A DNA stretch of 63,314 nucleotides, counting the filler, from Nemertoderma westbladi (Eukaryota > Animalia > Xenacoelomorpha), in assembly GCA_032718475.1 (NCBI GenBank). It is 3 parts of 3 records of this genome, joined end to end, with 100 filler letters (N's around TTAATTAATTAA, not from the genome) between each part and the next. Parts side by side here need not be neighbours in the genome. Positions count along the whole stretch, not along the records: positions 44,762 to 63,314 come from JAUCBJ010004689.1; 2 more parts are not named here. One strand, given 5' to 3'. Positions 60,970 through 63,314 of this stretch are shown one piece after another. The translations under genes were made by a program, and so were the position numbers. Each line of letters begins with the position of its first letter. Within the stretch, counting starts at the first letter, position 1. Below the pieces are notes generated by a model. That model had not been told where the DNA came from and ran no database searches. It saw nothing but the letters and a program-made list of their open reading frames with translations.

Positions 60970-63314
60970 GCCTTATAGGAGACGTTTTGGGGTGGGGGTG
61001 TGAGTTGCGGTATAGGAGACGGTTTGGGGTGGGGGTGTGGGTGGCGGTATAGGAGACGGTTTGAGGTGGGGGTGTAAAAGACGGTTTGGGTTGGGGGTAT
61101 AGCCTTATAGGAGACGTTTTGGGTTGGGGGTGTGAGTAGCGGTATAGGAGACTGTTTGGGTGGGGGTGTGGGTGGCGGTATAGGAGACGGTTTGGGGTGG
61201 GGGTGTGAGTGGCGGTATAGGAGACGGTTTGAGGTGGGGGTGTAAGAGACGGTTTGGGTTGGGGGTATAGCCTTATAGGAGACGTTTTGGGGTGGGGGTG
61301 TGAGTAGCGGTATAGGAGACTGTTTGGGTGGGGGTGTGGGTGGCGGTATAGGAGACGGTTTGGGGTGGGGGTGTGAGTGGCGGTATAGGAGGCGTTTTGG
61401 GGTGGGGGTGTAGGAGACGGTTTGGGGTGGGGGTGTAGGAGACGGTTTGGGGTGGGGGTGTGGGTGGCGGTATAGGATACGGTTTGGGGTGGGGGTGTAA
61501 GAGACGGTTCGGGGTGGCGGTATAGGATACGGTTTGGGGTGGCGGTATAAGATACGTTTTGGGGTGGGGGTGTAGGAGACGGTTTGGGGTGGGGGTGTAA
61601 GAGACGGTTTGGGGTGTGGATGGCGGTGTCGGAGACGGTTTGGGGTGGGGGTGTAAGAGACGGTTTGGGGTGGGGGTGTAAGAGACGGTTTGGGGTGGGG
61701 GTGTGGGTGGCGGTATAGGAGACGGTTTGGGGTGGGGGTGTAAGAGACGGTTTGGGGTGGGGGTGTAGGAGACGGTTTGGGGTGGCGGTATAGGAGACGT
61801 TTTGGGGTGGGGTGTAGGAGACGGTTTGGGGTGGGGGTGTAGGAGACGGTTTGGGGTGGGGGTGTAGGAGACGGTTTGGGGTGGGGGTAGCCTATAGGAG
61901 ACGGTTTGGGGGGGGGGGGGTGGCCTTATAGGAGACGGTTTGGGGTGGGGGTGTAGGAGACGGTTTGGGGTGGGGGTATAGGAGACGGTTTGGGGTGGGG
62001 GTGTAGGAGACGGTTTGGGGTGGGGGTATAGGAGACGGTTTGGGGGGGGGTATAGCCTTATAGGAGACGGTTTGGGGTGGGGGTGTAGGAGACGGTTTGG
62101 GGTGGGGGTATAGGAGACGGTTTGGGGTGGGGGTGTAGGAGACGGTTTGGGGTGGGGGTATAGGAGACGGTTTGGGGTGGGGGGTATAGCCTTATAGGAG
62201 ACGTTTTGGGGTGGGGGTGTGAGTGGCGGTATAGGAGACGGTTTGGGCTGGGGGTGTGGGTGGCGGTATAGGAGACGGTTTGGGGTGGGGGTGTGGGTGG
62301 CGGTATAGGAGACGGTTTGGGGTGGGGGTGTAAGAGACGGTTTGGGGTGGGGGTGTAGGAGACGGTTTGGGGTGGGGGTGTAAGAGACGGTTTGGGGTGG
62401 GTGTGAGTGGCGGTATAGGAGACGGTTTGGGGTGGGGGTGTGGGTGGCGGTATAGGAGACGGTTTGGGGTGGGGGTGTGGGTGGCGGTATAGGAGACGGT
62501 TTGGGGTGGGGGGTGTAAGAGACGGTTTGGGGTGGGGGTGTAAGAGACGGTTTGGGGTGGGGGTGTAAGAGACGGTTTGGGTGGGGGTGGGGGTGGGGTA
62601 AGAGACGGTTTGGGGTGGGGTGTGGGTGGCGGTATAGGAGACGTTGTGGGGTGGGGGTATAGGAGACGGTTTGGGGTGGGGGTGTAGGAGACGGTTTGGG
62701 GTGGGGGTGTAAGAGACGGTTTGAGGTGGGGGTGTGGGTGGCGGTATAGGAGACGGTTTGGGGTGGGGGTGTGGGTGGCGTTATAGGAGACGGTTTGGGG
62801 TGGGGGTGTGGGTGGCGGTATAGGAGACGGTTTGGGGTGGGGGTGTAGGAGACGGTTTGGGGTGGGGGTGTAGGAGACGGTTTGGGGTGGGGGTGTAAGA
62901 GACGGTTTGGGGGGGGGGTGTAAGAGACGGTTTGGGGTGGGGGGTGTAAGAGACGGTTTGGGGTGGGGGTGTAAGAGACGGTTTGGGGTGGGGGTGTAGG
63001 AGACGGTTTGGGGTGGGGTGTGGGGGTATAGGAGACGTTTGGGGTGGGGGTATAGGAGACGGTTTGGGGTGGGGGTGTAGGAGACGGTTTGGGGTGGGGT
63101 GTGGGTGGCGGTATAGGCAACGGTTTGGGGTGGGGGTGTAGGAGACGGTTTGGGGTGGGGTGTGGGTGGCGGTATAGTAGACGTTGTGGGGTGGGGGTAT
63201 AGGAGACGGTTTGGGGTGGGGGTGTAGGAGACGGTTTGGGGTGGGGGTGTAAGAGACGGTTTGGGGTGGGGGTGTGGGTGGCGGTATAGGAGACGGTTTG
63301 GGGTGGGGGTGTGG
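60970..63314. repeat. G-rich satellite (right part, runs off the window)
   Basis: Same units as 54549-56798. The ORF 61273..63120 is only its translation. Confidence 0.95.

Noticed and set aside
55882-63120. Extensin-like Pro-rich ORFs 55882..56817 and 61273..63120
   Set aside because: Translations of the G-rich satellite, with unit lengths that are not multiples of three.

Overview
AT-rich, repeat-dense eukaryotic (animal, most likely invertebrate) DNA. It consists of three assembly pieces joined by two artificial 100-bp linkers (N44-TTAATTAATTAA-N44 at 25855-25954 and 44662-44761). Piece 1 carries three internal exons of a giant titin-like gene on +: about 16 I-set Ig domains, then 23 copies of a 68-aa P/E/K/D-rich repeat, mostly in one 9.8-kb exon. 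Its introns hold a frameshifted Polinton/adintovirus-type PolB fragment, satellites, SINEs, RTE LINE relics and a MITE family. Piece 2 is mostly transposon debris (a foldback-like element, a ~925-bp inverted repeat around an RTE fragment, a small Helitron, SINEs). It also holds the most interesting gene: a single-exon 1261-aa ORF on - with the order WD40 propeller / Apaf-1-like winged helix / Roc GTPase / COR / CARD, preceded by a stop-interrupted Apaf-1-like helical segment. Piece 3 holds palindromic and 12-bp minisatellites, a GT32-type DXD glycosyltransferase, and a CsRN1-clade Ty3/gypsy element (identical LTRs, intact gag, dead pol) inserted into a long G-rich satellite. All family assignments are by eye from motifs; no database searches were run.
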